64,000 nucleotides of DNA from Candidatus Lloydbacteria bacterium (lineage in GTDB: Bacteria; Patescibacteriota; Minisyncoccia; Phycocordibacterales; UBA6899). The notes beneath the pieces were generated by a model. That model searched no databases. It was not told the DNA's origin and was given only the letters and a program-made list of their open reading frames with translations. How positions within the stretch are numbered: the stretch's first letter is position 1; every line of letters starts with the position of its first letter. The position numbers and the translations under genes were made by a program. This document shows positions 17,481-27,613 of this stretch, piece by piece. The DNA lies in contig JAYSTI010000001.1 of NCBI GenBank assembly GCA_043719805.1, positions 151,770 through 215,769 on the forward strand, in the 5' to 3' direction.

Positions 17481-18323
17481 CTAAGGGATGCGGAGGGTCT
17501 GCCTGCGGACTATGATGAGCTTTTCCCGGAGGAGTTTTTCTATCAATATATTCAAGCGAGCAGCTACCAATTCGAGTTCTTTTTGCAACTTGGCTTTTGT
17601 GGTAGCCCCCACTATCAAACGAGCGATTATTCGCCCGCGATAAAAGCGGTCGGAGTGCGCAAATTTCTTCTGTGGTTTTTTATAAACAAAATCCTCTACG
17701 GGTCCGTGCAGTTTTTGAATCGGGCATGTCACTGAATGATTGCGCGCGGTGCAAAGCGTCGCACCAAGATCGAGCATCGCATAGTTCCACATTCTTCCCT
17801 TCCCCTTCGGGATGAGGGTCTTTGCAAATTCAAAAAGTTCTTTATCGCCGGGAATTTTTTTCTGAAAAAATACACGGACCAAAATACGGCGAATGTTCGT
17901 GTCAATCATCGGCTCGTCACGCACAAAGGCAAAAGCAAGGAGTGCGCCCGCGGTCGAAATTCCGATACCGGGAAGCTTCATGAGTTCTTCAAAATCGTCG
18001 GGAAATTTACCGCCATGTTCTGCAACAACCTTTTTTGCGCACTCATGCAGATATTTCGCGCGACGATTGTAGCCGAGTCCGGACCAGATACGAAGGACGT
18101 CTCCAAGATTGGACTCTGCAAGTATTCGGACTGTCGGGAATTTTTTTAAAAACTCCGCATACTTTGTCATTACACGCAGGACCTGAGTCTGTTGCAGCAT
18201 GACTTCAGAAACAAGAATGCGGTACGCATCATGCGTATCTCTCCAAGGCATCACGCGATAATTTTTCTTTTGCCATGCAAAAAGAGTGCTGTTGAACAAG
18301 CGTTTTTTCTCGGCAAGTGTCAT
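17481..18323 (-). CDS. mutY: A/G-specific adenine DNA glycosylase, short form (MutY/Nth superfamily, HhH-GPD + 4Fe-4S)
   Basis: MPWRDTHDAYRILVSEVMLQQTQV (MutY signature), LPGIGISTAGALLAFAF (HhH) and C-x6-C-x2-C...C cluster ligands. Start trimmed to avoid the upstream hairpin. Confidence 0.75.
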   Translation of the reverse strand: MTLAEKKRLFNSTLFAWQKKNYRVMPWRDTHDAYRILVSEVMLQQTQVLRVMTKYAEFLKKFPTVRILAESNLGDVLRIWSGLGYNRRAKYLHECAKKVVAEHGGKFPDDFEELMKLPGIGISTAGALLAFAFVRDEPMIDTNIRRILVRVFFQKKIPGDKELFEFAKTLIPKGKGRMWNYAMLDLGATLCTARNHSVTCPIQKLHGPVEDFVYKKPQKKFAHSDRFYRGRIIARLIVGATTKAKLQKELELVAARLNILIEKLLREKLIIVRRQTLRIP

Positions 18324-18339
18324 GATGGGATTCTCGCAC

Positions 18340-18380
18340 ATATTCCACAAAGAAAAAACCCGCTTGTTTGAGCGGGTTGT
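18340..18380 (-). terminator. rho-independent terminator for the ligase gene (AACCCGC-8 nt-GCGGGTT + U-run on the minus strand)
   Basis: Plus strand GAAAAAACCCGCTTGTTTGAGCGGGTTGTGC. The minus-strand RNA has the stem followed by UUUUUCUUUGUGG. Confidence 0.45.
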
Positions 18381-18483
18381 GCTTACTACGTCTACCGAGG
18401 GCGGGGAGCAAATTCTCCATTTGCACTTCGACCGAGTGAGGACGTGGACAAAAGCGGTATTCCGCGCGGCGCGTCGCGGGCTT

Positions 18484-19509
18484 TTACTTCTTTTGTTTCT
18501 GTGTCTGCGAAAGGCCGTGAAGCTCTTCGGGGAGAACACAAGCGTTGAGTGGCTTGTCGTCACGAACTCGGATGAGGTGTGAGATTCGGCATGCACCTTT
18601 CGGTGTGCGAGCCTCAAATTCGACCTGCACCACAAACGGGTACGTCATCTTGGCGAGCGCAAGCTTTTCTTCGCGTGTGCCAAGGTCGGCAACTTCGCCA
18701 CACGCAACTTCAATCCCTGTCGTCGGGTCAATCTGCGAGAGATAGAGCTTGCCTGCACGGTCGGCGTTCTTTCCACTACCGAACTCGAACTTCCGAACGA
18801 TGAAGTCATCTTCGAAGATGGGCTTCCACTTCCATGCACCCAGAGGGCGCGGCGGGTCAGCTTCGTTGCCGTCGAGCCGATATTCCGTGGATGCAGATTT
18901 GTCGTACAGCACGAGTCCTTCCCACCTCTCCAGTCGCACAATTTCCTGCAACTGCGCGACTGCATGCACGAGCGGAGTCATGTGTTTGAGGTACCCTGCA
19001 CTCATGCGACGTGCGAACCAATCAGTGGTCATGTCATGACGATCGCCAAACCGCAGACCTGAAACATCCTTGCCCCCAACAATGATTGGAGCGAACAGTA
19101 GGAACTCTGCCCTGCCCAAGTCCTCCTGGAGCATGACTGCACGTTCGGGATTTGACTTGGCCAGCTTGCCGAACAAATCGAGTCGGTCAATGTCGGCAGA
19201 GCGTGAGCGCAAGAACATCTCACCCGGAATGAGCGAGTCAGTGGGAATTGCTGAATCCCGCAACTCCTCGATGATGCGCGGATAGCGGTCGGACGTGTCG
19301 GTGATGCCGCGAGTGTAGAGGCGCACGATGCGCTTGCGCCCGGTAATTGTTGCGATTCCACCATACCCGTCACGTTTGCGCGTTGCGATGAGGTCGCCAC
19401 GAGCTTCAATCTCCGCAATCACTTTTTCGGCAACTTTCTGCCGCGGTTTTGGAAGTACGAACTTCGGGTCGAGCGGGTCGAGCGTAAAAGGAAGTGCAAT
19501 TTTCTTCAA
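18484..19509 (-). CDS. ATP-dependent DNA ligase, minimal (adenylation + OB domains only)
   Basis: IATRKRDGYGG is motif I (KxDG, adenylated Lys). 341 aa, typical of minimal ligases. Confidence 0.8.
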   Translation of the reverse strand: MKKIALPFTLDPLDPKFVLPKPRQKVAEKVIAEIEARGDLIATRKRDGYGGIATITGRKRIVRLYTRGITDTSDRYPRIIEELRDSAIPTDSLIPGEMFLRSRSADIDRLDLFGKLAKSNPERAVMLQEDLGRAEFLLFAPIIVGGKDVSGLRFGDRHDMTTDWFARRMSAGYLKHMTPLVHAVAQLQEIVRLERWEGLVLYDKSASTEYRLDGNEADPPRPLGAWKWKPIFEDDFIVRKFEFGSGKNADRAGKLYLSQIDPTTGIEVACGEVADLGTREEKLALAKMTYPFVVQVEFEARTPKGACRISHLIRVRDDKPLNACVLPEELHGLSQTQKQKK

Positions 19510-19572
19510 GGAATATCTCCTGCTGTGAGTTCAAAGAATCTCTGCTCTAACTAACACAAACTTCATATTTCG

Positions 19573-19603
19573 TCAAACAAAAAGCTGACCCGTGGGTCAG
19601 CTT
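19573..19603 (-). terminator. rho-independent terminator downstream of the helicase gene
   Basis: AGCTGACCCGTGGGTCAGCT stem. U-run on the minus strand (plus CAAACAAAAA). Confidence 0.5.
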
Positions 19604-19608
19604 GCTTT

Positions 19609-20889
19609 CTACTTCTTCTTCGCCTGTTCGATGAATGTACGCACGCGCTCATCAAAGACGAGGTCATCGGTGGTCAGCCTCTTTCGAATCACGAGTCCCT
19701 CGAGTGACGTCACGCGACTGAGCGCAACGTACGCCTGCCCGTGAGCAAATGTTCCCTCACTCAGGTCCACGATGACTTTGTCAAAGGTCTGCCCCTGACT
19801 TTTGTGTGCAGTGATAGCCCACGCAAGACGGACCGGAAACTGCGTGTACGTACCAACGACACGTAGGACGAGCTCATCCTTTGCTTTGTCGTATTCCTGA
19901 ACGGTGCTCTCCCACTGATTGGGCTCCACCGCGACGCGACCCGAGCGAGGAATGTCTGCGATAACGGCAGCGGCTTCGACCTCCACCACAGTACCGGTGT
20001 CCCCGTTCACCCAGCGCTTCATTCGGTCATTGTTGAGCAGCATTACGCGTGCACCAACTTTGAGCTCGAGAAATTGCTCGGCAGGATACCCGCCCTTTGG
20101 AAATGCCCCTCGGACAACCGCCGGGAATCGGCTACTTTCGCCGGGAAGTACTTTCAGTTTTGCAAAGTTGATCTCGTCGACTACCCTGTTTTTTGTTGCA
20201 AGGTAGATATGACCCGGGTACTTTCGCTGACGAAACTTTTGATCTACGCGCACGTTCAAGACATCAAGGTCGGCGTTCGTCGCCTCGCCCATGCGCACCT
20301 TGTTCAATACGTCGACGAGTGTGGGGTCCTTCTGACGAAACACCCGTTCGAGTTCAATGTATTCCATCTCGAGAGACGGAAAACAATGCGCGTTGAAAAA
20401 GTACGGCCCCTCATACGCCATGCTGAAATATTTCACTTCCTCATCGGTCACAACAGGCGGTAACTGAAAAAGATCTCCGACTCCAATGATCTGAAGACCT
20501 CCGAAGGGACGATCCGGATGCGGCCCATGAAGACGCGCAACCTTGTCCATCATGTCCATGAAATCAGCACGGGCCATCGATAGTTCATCGATCATCACGC
20601 CATCGAGGTGTTGAAATATCTCCATCGACGGATGGTTCGATTTCTTAACACCGGAGAGCGTCATGCCGGGCCGCAACCCAAACGCCGTGTGTGCAGTTTG
20701 CCCTCCGACGTTGATGGCCGCGATACCCGTTGTTGCCGCGACCAGTATCTTTCGCTTTGTGGTTTCCAGAAAATGGCGCGAGAGGGCAGACTTCCCCGCC
20801 CCGCCTTTGCCTGTGAGAAAAATATTCTTTCCGCTTTCCATACGCCTTAGTGCGTACAGCCGCTCTTCGTCGAGCACTAATTGAGCCAA
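19609..20889 (-). CDS. Pif1/RecD-like SF1B ATP-dependent DNA helicase
   Basis: LTGKGGAGKS (Walker A), VMIDELSM (Walker B), C-terminal ITAHKSQGQTFDKVIVDL...ALSRVTSLEGLVI. Confidence 0.85.
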   Translation of the reverse strand: MAQLVLDEERLYALRRMESGKNIFLTGKGGAGKSALSRHFLETTKRKILVAATTGIAAINVGGQTAHTAFGLRPGMTLSGVKKSNHPSMEIFQHLDGVMIDELSMARADFMDMMDKVARLHGPHPDRPFGGLQIIGVGDLFQLPPVVTDEEVKYFSMAYEGPYFFNAHCFPSLEMEYIELERVFRQKDPTLVDVLNKVRMGEATNADLDVLNVRVDQKFRQRKYPGHIYLATKNRVVDEINFAKLKVLPGESSRFPAVVRGAFPKGGYPAEQFLELKVGARVMLLNNDRMKRWVNGDTGTVVEVEAAAVIADIPRSGRVAVEPNQWESTVQEYDKAKDELVLRVVGTYTQFPVRLAWAITAHKSQGQTFDKVIVDLSEGTFAHGQAYVALSRVTSLEGLVIRKRLTTDDLVFDERVRTFIEQAKKK

Positions 20890-20948
20890 TTTGCTCTCCT
20901 TCTGTAAATGTTCTCTAAGACAAAACTACCACATAAGTGGTGTGTTGT

Positions 20949-20980
20949 CAAAAAAAAACACCCGACGGTTGTCGGGTGTG
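20949..20980 (-). terminator. rho-independent terminator downstream of the M3 peptidase gene
   Basis: ACACCCGAC-ggtt-GTCGGGTGT with an A9 run on the plus strand (U-run on the minus RNA). Confidence 0.55.
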
Positions 20981-20981
20981 T

Positions 20982-23069
20982 CTACAACTTCTTGATGAGA
21001 CCGAGATGAATTGCAAGCGCCTTCGAATCAAGGTCGCGACCACGGAACGCGCGGAAGCTTTCTGCCATCGGTCTGCCGGAACCGACTGCGAGCACTTCGG
21101 CCACAAATCGGCCTCCGACCTCGGGCGAGAAGATGTTCCCCGATTCATCGAAAGCACAGCGTGCATCTGCGGCCAGGCCCAACGCCCACATGTAGCTGAA
21201 ATATCCCGCAGAGTACCCGCCGGCAAAGATATGCCCGAAGGAGTTGGGGAAGCGCGACAGCGGATGGGACGGACGAACTTCGATCGTCGAAGCGACATGT
21301 TTCCAAGGCACGTTCGGGTCGACCGGATTCAGAGGGTCGTAGCGCGAATACAGCTCGAGGTCAAAGTACCCGAGACTCAATTGACGCAGTGTAACCAGTC
21401 CTGTATTGAAGAACTTCGCCGCAATCATGCGCTCAATCAGTTCGTCCGGAATGACCTCCTTTGTCACCTTGTGTTCCGACATGAACTGCAGCATTTCTTT
21501 ATCCCAGCACCAGTTCTCCAAGAACTGACTCGGGAGTTCAACGGTGTCCCATTCGACGTGTTCCATAGAAAGAGAGGGGTGCTCCGTAAGTCCCATCAGG
21601 TGATGGAACACGTGCCCCGATTCATGGAAGAGCGTGATGACGTCATCGTGCGTGAGATATGCATCTCCCCCGTCGGTCGGGCGACTGGCATTGCAGTTCA
21701 GGTACGCGACCGGAACCTGCGTGCCGTCCTGGAGTTGGCGTGACGAAACGAGCGCATCCATCCAAGCTCCGCTCTTCTTTCCTTCACGAGCATACATGTC
21801 CGCATAGAACGCACCGCGCAGCACGCCGTCTCTATCGTAGACCTCATAGAACTTTATACCCTCTCTCCATACGGAGGCAGTGCTTTCGACGATACTCACG
21901 CCGTAGATGCGCTCAAGAAGCGTGGTGAGTCCCGACATTACTTTCGTGAATGGAAAATATTCGCGCACTTTTTCTTGGTCCACGGAATACAGCGTTTGCA
22001 TCATACGTTCATAGATAAATGCAAAGTCCCACGGCATGTATTCAGCGATTCCGAGCTCCTTGGCAGCAAATGCTTTCATTGCGGCGAACTCTTCTTCGGC
22101 TTTCGGACGTGCCAACGCAATCAGGTCATCGATGAACTTTCGCACACCAACGACGCCGACCGAAGCCGCCATCTTGGCAGTAAGCGACATGTCTGCATAG
22201 GTCGGATGTCCGAGCAATTTCGCTGATTCATCGGCGTTGCGGAGGATGCCGGTCATCACCGGTGCATTGTCCCACTTCCCTTCATTGGCGAGCTCAGACG
22301 CAACCGTCGCATATCCGCGCTGCACTTCTTCGCGAAGTTCGCGAGATAAGGCGTAGGTCAGAATCGCCATTACATCAGGCTGTTGCAAGGTGATAAGGTA
22401 TCCCTCGAGCGACTTCGCTTTCGCGGCATCCTTCATGCGGCTCTTGTCCGAATCGGGAATCCCGAGAAGTACCGCCTCATCGAGAACGTGTTTCTGCCAC
22501 GCATCAGTGGATTCGAGATCATTATCGGAGAATGCATTTCCCAGCGCAGTTTCTTCCTCGCAGAGCTGCTTCAGCTTTGCTTTTCCTTCGGGAGGAAGAC
22601 CGACACCGGCAAGTTTGAATTCCCTGATAGTCCTATCAATGAGATGGAGCTTGGCGGGTGACAACCCCGAATATTCGGGCGTATCAACGAATCGCAAATA
22701 CGCACCATAGAGACCACTGTGGCGCGAACGGTCACTCGAGAAGTTGGTCAGAAGCTTGGTCGCCTTTTCCTTGATGCCCTCCGGACCCTTGAGTTCCGGG
22801 TATTTCTTTTGCATCGTCTCGTTCAAGTGAATCATCGGACCAATGACAAGCGAAAGCCGCTCTGAAAAGTCTTCGGTATCAGTGACAAGGTCGGCGAATG
22901 TCGGCACGGGGATAGCGGCAATCTTTTCAATCATCGCCCTCCCTTCCACAAGTAATGCTTCGAGCTCGGGTAATACGGTTTCCGCGGCAAACGTATTCCA
23001 ATCCGGAAGCGTCAGCACGCGAAAATTTCCCGTAGGTGTGGACACGCGTTTGTTGGTGAATTTCATCAT
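20982..23069 (-). CDS. M3-family zinc oligopeptidase (Dcp/oligopeptidase A-like)
   Basis: HESGHVFHHLM is the HExxH motif in M3 context. 695 aa. Confidence 0.9.
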   Translation of the reverse strand: MMKFTNKRVSTPTGNFRVLTLPDWNTFAAETVLPELEALLVEGRAMIEKIAAIPVPTFADLVTDTEDFSERLSLVIGPMIHLNETMQKKYPELKGPEGIKEKATKLLTNFSSDRSRHSGLYGAYLRFVDTPEYSGLSPAKLHLIDRTIREFKLAGVGLPPEGKAKLKQLCEEETALGNAFSDNDLESTDAWQKHVLDEAVLLGIPDSDKSRMKDAAKAKSLEGYLITLQQPDVMAILTYALSRELREEVQRGYATVASELANEGKWDNAPVMTGILRNADESAKLLGHPTYADMSLTAKMAASVGVVGVRKFIDDLIALARPKAEEEFAAMKAFAAKELGIAEYMPWDFAFIYERMMQTLYSVDQEKVREYFPFTKVMSGLTTLLERIYGVSIVESTASVWREGIKFYEVYDRDGVLRGAFYADMYAREGKKSGAWMDALVSSRQLQDGTQVPVAYLNCNASRPTDGGDAYLTHDDVITLFHESGHVFHHLMGLTEHPSLSMEHVEWDTVELPSQFLENWCWDKEMLQFMSEHKVTKEVIPDELIERMIAAKFFNTGLVTLRQLSLGYFDLELYSRYDPLNPVDPNVPWKHVASTIEVRPSHPLSRFPNSFGHIFAGGYSAGYFSYMWALGLAADARCAFDESGNIFSPEVGGRFVAEVLAVGSGRPMAESFRAFRGRDLDSKALAIHLGLIKKL

Positions 23070-23164
23070 GGTTCCTTTTGCGAAAATGACAACGGACTAA
23101 TGGTCCGCCACTCATACTAACGGTATTCTACGCATAGTCAATTTATCGGCCGCCGGTCGCACCC

Positions 23165-24199
23165 CTACTTAACCCCACGACCCTTAATGATTTGAGGATA
23201 AACTTCGAGCAGCGTAAAGAAAAAGGCAATCACGACGGGGCCGGCCAAAAATCCAACTGGACCAAAGTATGCCAAGCCACCAAACACCGAGAGGAGAATA
23301 AGGAATGGATGCACGTTCATGCCCCTCTTCATCAGATATGGATTAAGGACATTATCAATTAGACCAACGCATACGAGTCCCCAAATAATGAGTCCAATAC
23401 CCGCACCAATGTGCCCCGTGAGGAGTAGCCAAGCCGCAGTCGGCATGGTGATCAACCCCGTACCCACGAGTGGAAGGAGTGCCGCAATTGTGCCGACGAC
23501 TCCCCACAACACTGGATTAGGAACACCAAATATAGCAAAACCGATGCCGAGCATCACTCCTTGGACTATTGCCGTTGTGAGCGCGCCGCGTACAACAGAG
23601 GAAACGGCTGTTTCGACTTTTGCGATGATGCTTTCATCATATTCATCATTGAGCGGACTCCACTTGAGCGCAAAGGCACGCAGCTGTTTTCCGTCGCGAT
23701 ACAGAAAGAACATTGCTATGTTGATGATAAATATCTGAAATGTAAACGACAAGATGCCGGTGAAAAAGGTGTTCAGGTTGGATGCAACCCACCTCAAGAG
23801 CGCCTCGAGGTACGTATATATGTTTGCATGAATCTCAAATGTGGGCACAAAGCGCTGCACATAACTACCAATAGTAGTAATGAATCTATCTGCACCGGCA
23901 AACAATGCACTTCCTTTTGACAGCGTTGAAAGCACCTCCTGAAACATGAGCATCCCCAAGAAGATGAGGGGAATGAGCACGAGCACGAGAACAACGAGCA
24001 CCGTTGAAAGTGCCGCGGCGCCCTCGTTGCCGTTTAACTTTTTTAACAGAAATCGGTGTATCGGCGAAAAAAGTATGGCGAATACTCCGGCCAGAAAAAG
24101 CGGCGTAAGATACGGACTCATTATGAGGAACGTGAACGCCCCGACGACACCAAGGACTATCCAGAAAAACACCAATTCGCCCATCTGTGGTTTCAACAT
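23165..24199 (-). CDS. AI-2E family transporter (PerM/UPF0118)
   Basis: 8-TM hydropathy. N-terminal VFFWIVLGVVGAFTFLIMSPYLTPLFLAGVFAILFSPIHRFL is typical of AI-2E. Confidence 0.8.
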   Translation of the reverse strand: MLKPQMGELVFFWIVLGVVGAFTFLIMSPYLTPLFLAGVFAILFSPIHRFLLKKLNGNEGAAALSTVLVVLVLVLIPLIFLGMLMFQEVLSTLSKGSALFAGADRFITTIGSYVQRFVPTFEIHANIYTYLEALLRWVASNLNTFFTGILSFTFQIFIINIAMFFLYRDGKQLRAFALKWSPLNDEYDESIIAKVETAVSSVVRGALTTAIVQGVMLGIGFAIFGVPNPVLWGVVGTIAALLPLVGTGLITMPTAAWLLLTGHIGAGIGLIIWGLVCVGLIDNVLNPYLMKRGMNVHPFLILLSVFGGLAYFGPVGFLAGPVVIAFFFTLLEVYPQIIKGRGVK

Positions 24200-24236
24200 A
24201 TATTACAGTATACAAAACAGAATCCCTTGATGGAAG

Positions 24237-25589
24237 CTATTGATGCGGCTTTGCAAGTTTAAGCTTTTTCAGGTAGGCAACAAGGAGAAAACTCACCAAC
24301 GCAACGAGGAGCACCAGTGCCCCATTCAATACATTCTTGTTTCGCTCGGTAAACGGGACAACGGGTGGGGCGGGTGGCACATATGCCGCATTCAATTGTT
24401 GCGTCCCGAGGGTAAACTCGGTTAGCGAAACGCCCTCAAAGTAATGAAAGAAGCGGGCGATGTCGTAGAGCGGTTCACTAGCCCTCGCGTTTCCATAGTA
24501 GAGCACCTCCTCTGTACCAAATTTCGAAGCGAACACAATTGAACGAGCAACGCCCTCAAGTGTCAAAATGCTCTTCCAATTTATCGGCTTATCGTCCTGA
24601 TCAAACACGATGACGCGAATATGGCGCATTTCAGTTTCAGGATATGAAACAGACAGATCACTCCCCGAAAAGAGCGGGGTCTTGAGAGAAAATACATAAC
24701 CTTGCCCAAGGATTTTCCACGTTGCCGCATCATTGCTCCCCTGTATGACGACGCGTCTGTTGAAATTATGCGTGTCGTCTGTTGCGAGAATCACCTTTCG
24801 CGTAGCAATACCTGCACCCCCGAGATCAACAGCTACTTCAGTTGATTTTTCTTTTGCGTTCTGTGCAACTGCCGCACGCTCCACCATCTGATTTTTTCGT
24901 GCGTCACGCTGCAGTATTCGAAGTACTCGTGCTCCCGCAACGGCAACGTCACTGCCTTCACCTCTCCCGATGACTACGCGCAAGTAACGCGAGGTGCTCT
25001 CGGGATAATAGACATCCTTGCTTCCCGCATCAAAGCCAAGCGACTGGTCGTAATAATTGTAGACAAAGCTGGTGTTGCTGAGAAGCGCCCACTCCGCAAT
25101 ACTCTTATCGGTATTTGCCCTCGTGTCCGCGTTGCCGTATGGATCATTCGCGGTGTTGGATGCATATACGGATACCGGGCGCTTAAAGTTTTTAGACCCC
25201 GTTTCGATGACAAGATGGTCGTGAATCGTCCCGCTTTTGCCCAAGTCGAGGATGAACATTGTCTCACCATCCTTAACGGCGAGATCGCGCAGTGAACTTT
25301 GCACGTACTCACGGCGTACGGCCTCATTTTCAATCACAAGTTGATATGGAACCTCTTCCCCGCCACTTGTCACGACGCGCAGGTCTGCAAGGTCGGTTCG
25401 CGCGCCGAAACTCACCTCTCTGTCGAGGCTCACCCTGACGTATTTTGATGAGCCGACAGTAGGCACAGCAATGACCGGTTTCTTGTACTGCCATTCACTC
25501 GGGGAGAAATCTGCGTATGCTGTACCCGCAACAGCGAGAGCGAGAGCGAGAAATGAGAGCAGGAGATATTTTTTCATATTGTTAGCCAT
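24237..25589 (-). CDS. secreted, C-terminally TM-anchored protein, DUF3999-like
   Basis: Signal peptide MKKYLLLSFLALALAVAGTAYA, C-terminal LVLLVALVSFLLVAYLKKLK anchor. 8-nt overlap with the upstream polytopic gene. AAGGAAG SD 6 nt before the ATG. Confidence 0.5.
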   Translation of the reverse strand: MANNMKKYLLLSFLALALAVAGTAYADFSPSEWQYKKPVIAVPTVGSSKYVRVSLDREVSFGARTDLADLRVVTSGGEEVPYQLVIENEAVRREYVQSSLRDLAVKDGETMFILDLGKSGTIHDHLVIETGSKNFKRPVSVYASNTANDPYGNADTRANTDKSIAEWALLSNTSFVYNYYDQSLGFDAGSKDVYYPESTSRYLRVVIGRGEGSDVAVAGARVLRILQRDARKNQMVERAAVAQNAKEKSTEVAVDLGGAGIATRKVILATDDTHNFNRRVVIQGSNDAATWKILGQGYVFSLKTPLFSGSDLSVSYPETEMRHIRVIVFDQDDKPINWKSILTLEGVARSIVFASKFGTEEVLYYGNARASEPLYDIARFFHYFEGVSLTEFTLGTQQLNAAYVPPAPPVVPFTERNKNVLNGALVLLVALVSFLLVAYLKKLKLAKPHQ

Positions 25590-27561
25590 AGATTACTTCC
25601 TTAAGACGATGCTTATATTTCGCGTAAAGAAACGCCGCACCAAGTGCAATCACGCCGAAGATGATTGTGGAGAATATGCGCGCAAGGTCTCCAAGTTCCC
25701 ACACATAGATAAATACCCTGATTGCCGTGATAAAGAAGAAAATGAGACCAAATAGCCGCAACACGCGTAATCGCCGTACAAAGCCGATGATAATCAAAAG
25801 TGTCGAATAGAGCGCCCATACTATCGTCGTGACGGCACTACTTTTACTTCGGAGATCGTTTGTTTGGTTAGTGTCGAACTGACCGTAGTTGTAGTAATCC
25901 GGATATTCCGACCTAACTTGTCCTTGGTATTGCGCAGTCTTTGTGGCTTCAACTCGAGACTCCTGCTGTATGCGCGCAATATCTTGCGAATATTTATGTG
26001 AAATCTCGGTCGTTAATGCATATATCGTCAGCAAATTCGCAAGCACAACAAAGACGGAAACGATCTTTTTCCATTCAACGCCAGAGTCGTCATTTTTTGC
26101 GTACAACCACGCAAGCACATAGAACACCACGACCCCAAGAAGGATGAGGAAGAATCCCATGTTCATAATCGGAGTCAATTCGCCCGATGATGCAGCTCGG
26201 GAAATTGCGCTCATTGCGATATTTCTTATTTTTTCGACTTCACCAATCATCGACACCATTCCAAGCAAGAGAACAACCCAGCCGAATACTTGGATAATCT
26301 TTTCTTTGATCATGAGCCCGACATACACGAGCACGAGTGATTCGACGAGCCATGCAATCGAAATCCAATACCCCGTGAGCTGTAGAGGGATAGCAATAGA
26401 GAGGAACACAACGGCTATTCCCGGAAACGTGAGATTGAGCGTGCGGTCATGCTCTTCTCTTGCGTAAGCCAAATAGGAAAAGACGAGATAAAGCACTGCG
26501 AGAACAAGCGCGAAGAACCCGAGCACGTCGTGGTGCTTCGGTTCAAGGATGCCGTAGCATGCACTGAAGTATCCCATTGCGTTTAAGGCAAGAAGGATAA
26601 GGTCGCCCGATGTAGACGCCTCCTTTCGTACGAAATGGTGCATGATTGAATTCACCAAAAACACGAGGAAGAAGAGCGTGAGGAAAAAGAACGTCATCGC
26701 AAGCTGGCCGTCCGGATCTCGCCAGTAGAAAGACTCCATCCACCCGCCAAAAAGTATGATCGTTCCGAAAAATGTCAGATAATTCAGCTTTGTCCATTTT
26801 GTGAACCACGACACACCAAGGACGCCGATATTGAGTACGAGCATGTAGAGCGAAAGTGTCACCAGATGATTCTCTCCCGTTGAAATCAGCATTGGTGTCA
26901 TAAAACCGCCGATGACACCAATGACTGCGAGGCCCATCGTGTTGCCCGATACCGCAATGACCATCGCAAGCGTCGTGACGAGTATCATGAGCGCAAATGC
27001 GATTGGCTGAGAGATGACGGCAGGTGAGTAGAATGCGAAGCCTGCATAGATAGAGAAATAGAGAATGCCGATGCCTGCGCCGAGCAAGAGATCGCTATAA
27101 TTCAGGTATTTCTCACGGAGCTTCTGCCCGACGACGATACAGGCAATGCCGGCGATGATGCCCATCGCAACCTGGCCGGTCGGCCCAATGAGCTCATTAT
27201 CAAACGCATATTTCAAAAAGAAGGAAACACCAAGGAGGAGCATGATGGCGCCAACCCATCCGAGCCACCTTGCACTGACTTCTTCTTGCGTCTCAACGAC
27301 GACCGGAACATACATTGGGGCGGGTGCCGGGGCGGCCGCGAGAGAGGACGCTGTGCCAACGTCAACGTTGGCGACATACGCACTCATGCGTGCCGCAAGC
27401 ACTGCATCGTTCGATGGTGCACCCATGGCGCCTCCACGAGAAAGTGATTCGAGTGTATCAACGCGAGCAACCAATCGTGATACTCTTACCCACAAATAAA
27501 CAAATGCCGCGATAATAATAAAAAGCAAGATTCCCCCGAAATCATCAAATAGATAATACAT
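25582..27561 (-). CDS. large polytopic membrane protein (>=14 TM), DUF2339-like
   Basis: Continuous hydrophobic helices. The frequent DUF2339/DUF3999 gene pairing is recalled from memory, not searched. Start trimmed to MYYLFDDF to remove overlap with the MFS gene. Confidence 0.5.
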   Translation of the reverse strand: MYYLFDDFGGILLFIIIAAFVYLWVRVSRLVARVDTLESLSRGGAMGAPSNDAVLAARMSAYVANVDVGTASSLAAAPAPAPMYVPVVVETQEEVSARWLGWVGAIMLLLGVSFFLKYAFDNELIGPTGQVAMGIIAGIACIVVGQKLREKYLNYSDLLLGAGIGILYFSIYAGFAFYSPAVISQPIAFALMILVTTLAMVIAVSGNTMGLAVIGVIGGFMTPMLISTGENHLVTLSLYMLVLNIGVLGVSWFTKWTKLNYLTFFGTIILFGGWMESFYWRDPDGQLAMTFFFLTLFFLVFLVNSIMHHFVRKEASTSGDLILLALNAMGYFSACYGILEPKHHDVLGFFALVLAVLYLVFSYLAYAREEHDRTLNLTFPGIAVVFLSIAIPLQLTGYWISIAWLVESLVLVYVGLMIKEKIIQVFGWVVLLLGMVSMIGEVEKIRNIAMSAISRAASSGELTPIMNMGFFLILLGVVVFYVLAWLYAKNDDSGVEWKKIVSVFVVLANLLTIYALTTEISHKYSQDIARIQQESRVEATKTAQYQGQVRSEYPDYYNYGQFDTNQTNDLRSKSSAVTTIVWALYSTLLIIIGFVRRLRVLRLFGLIFFFITAIRVFIYVWELGDLARIFSTIIFGVIALGAAFLYAKYKHRLKEVIYG

Positions 27562-27613
27562 ATAGACTCTATTGTACCAAATCCCCGAAGAACGGGTAGC
27601 CCCGTTCTCGCAA

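Noticed and set aside
18341-18635. Long N-terminal extension of the MutY ORF (MWCRSNLRLAHRK...)
   Set aside because: Basic, low-complexity and overlaps the ligase terminator hairpin. The MutY homology begins at MTLAEKK...PWRDT, so the start was placed at ~18323.
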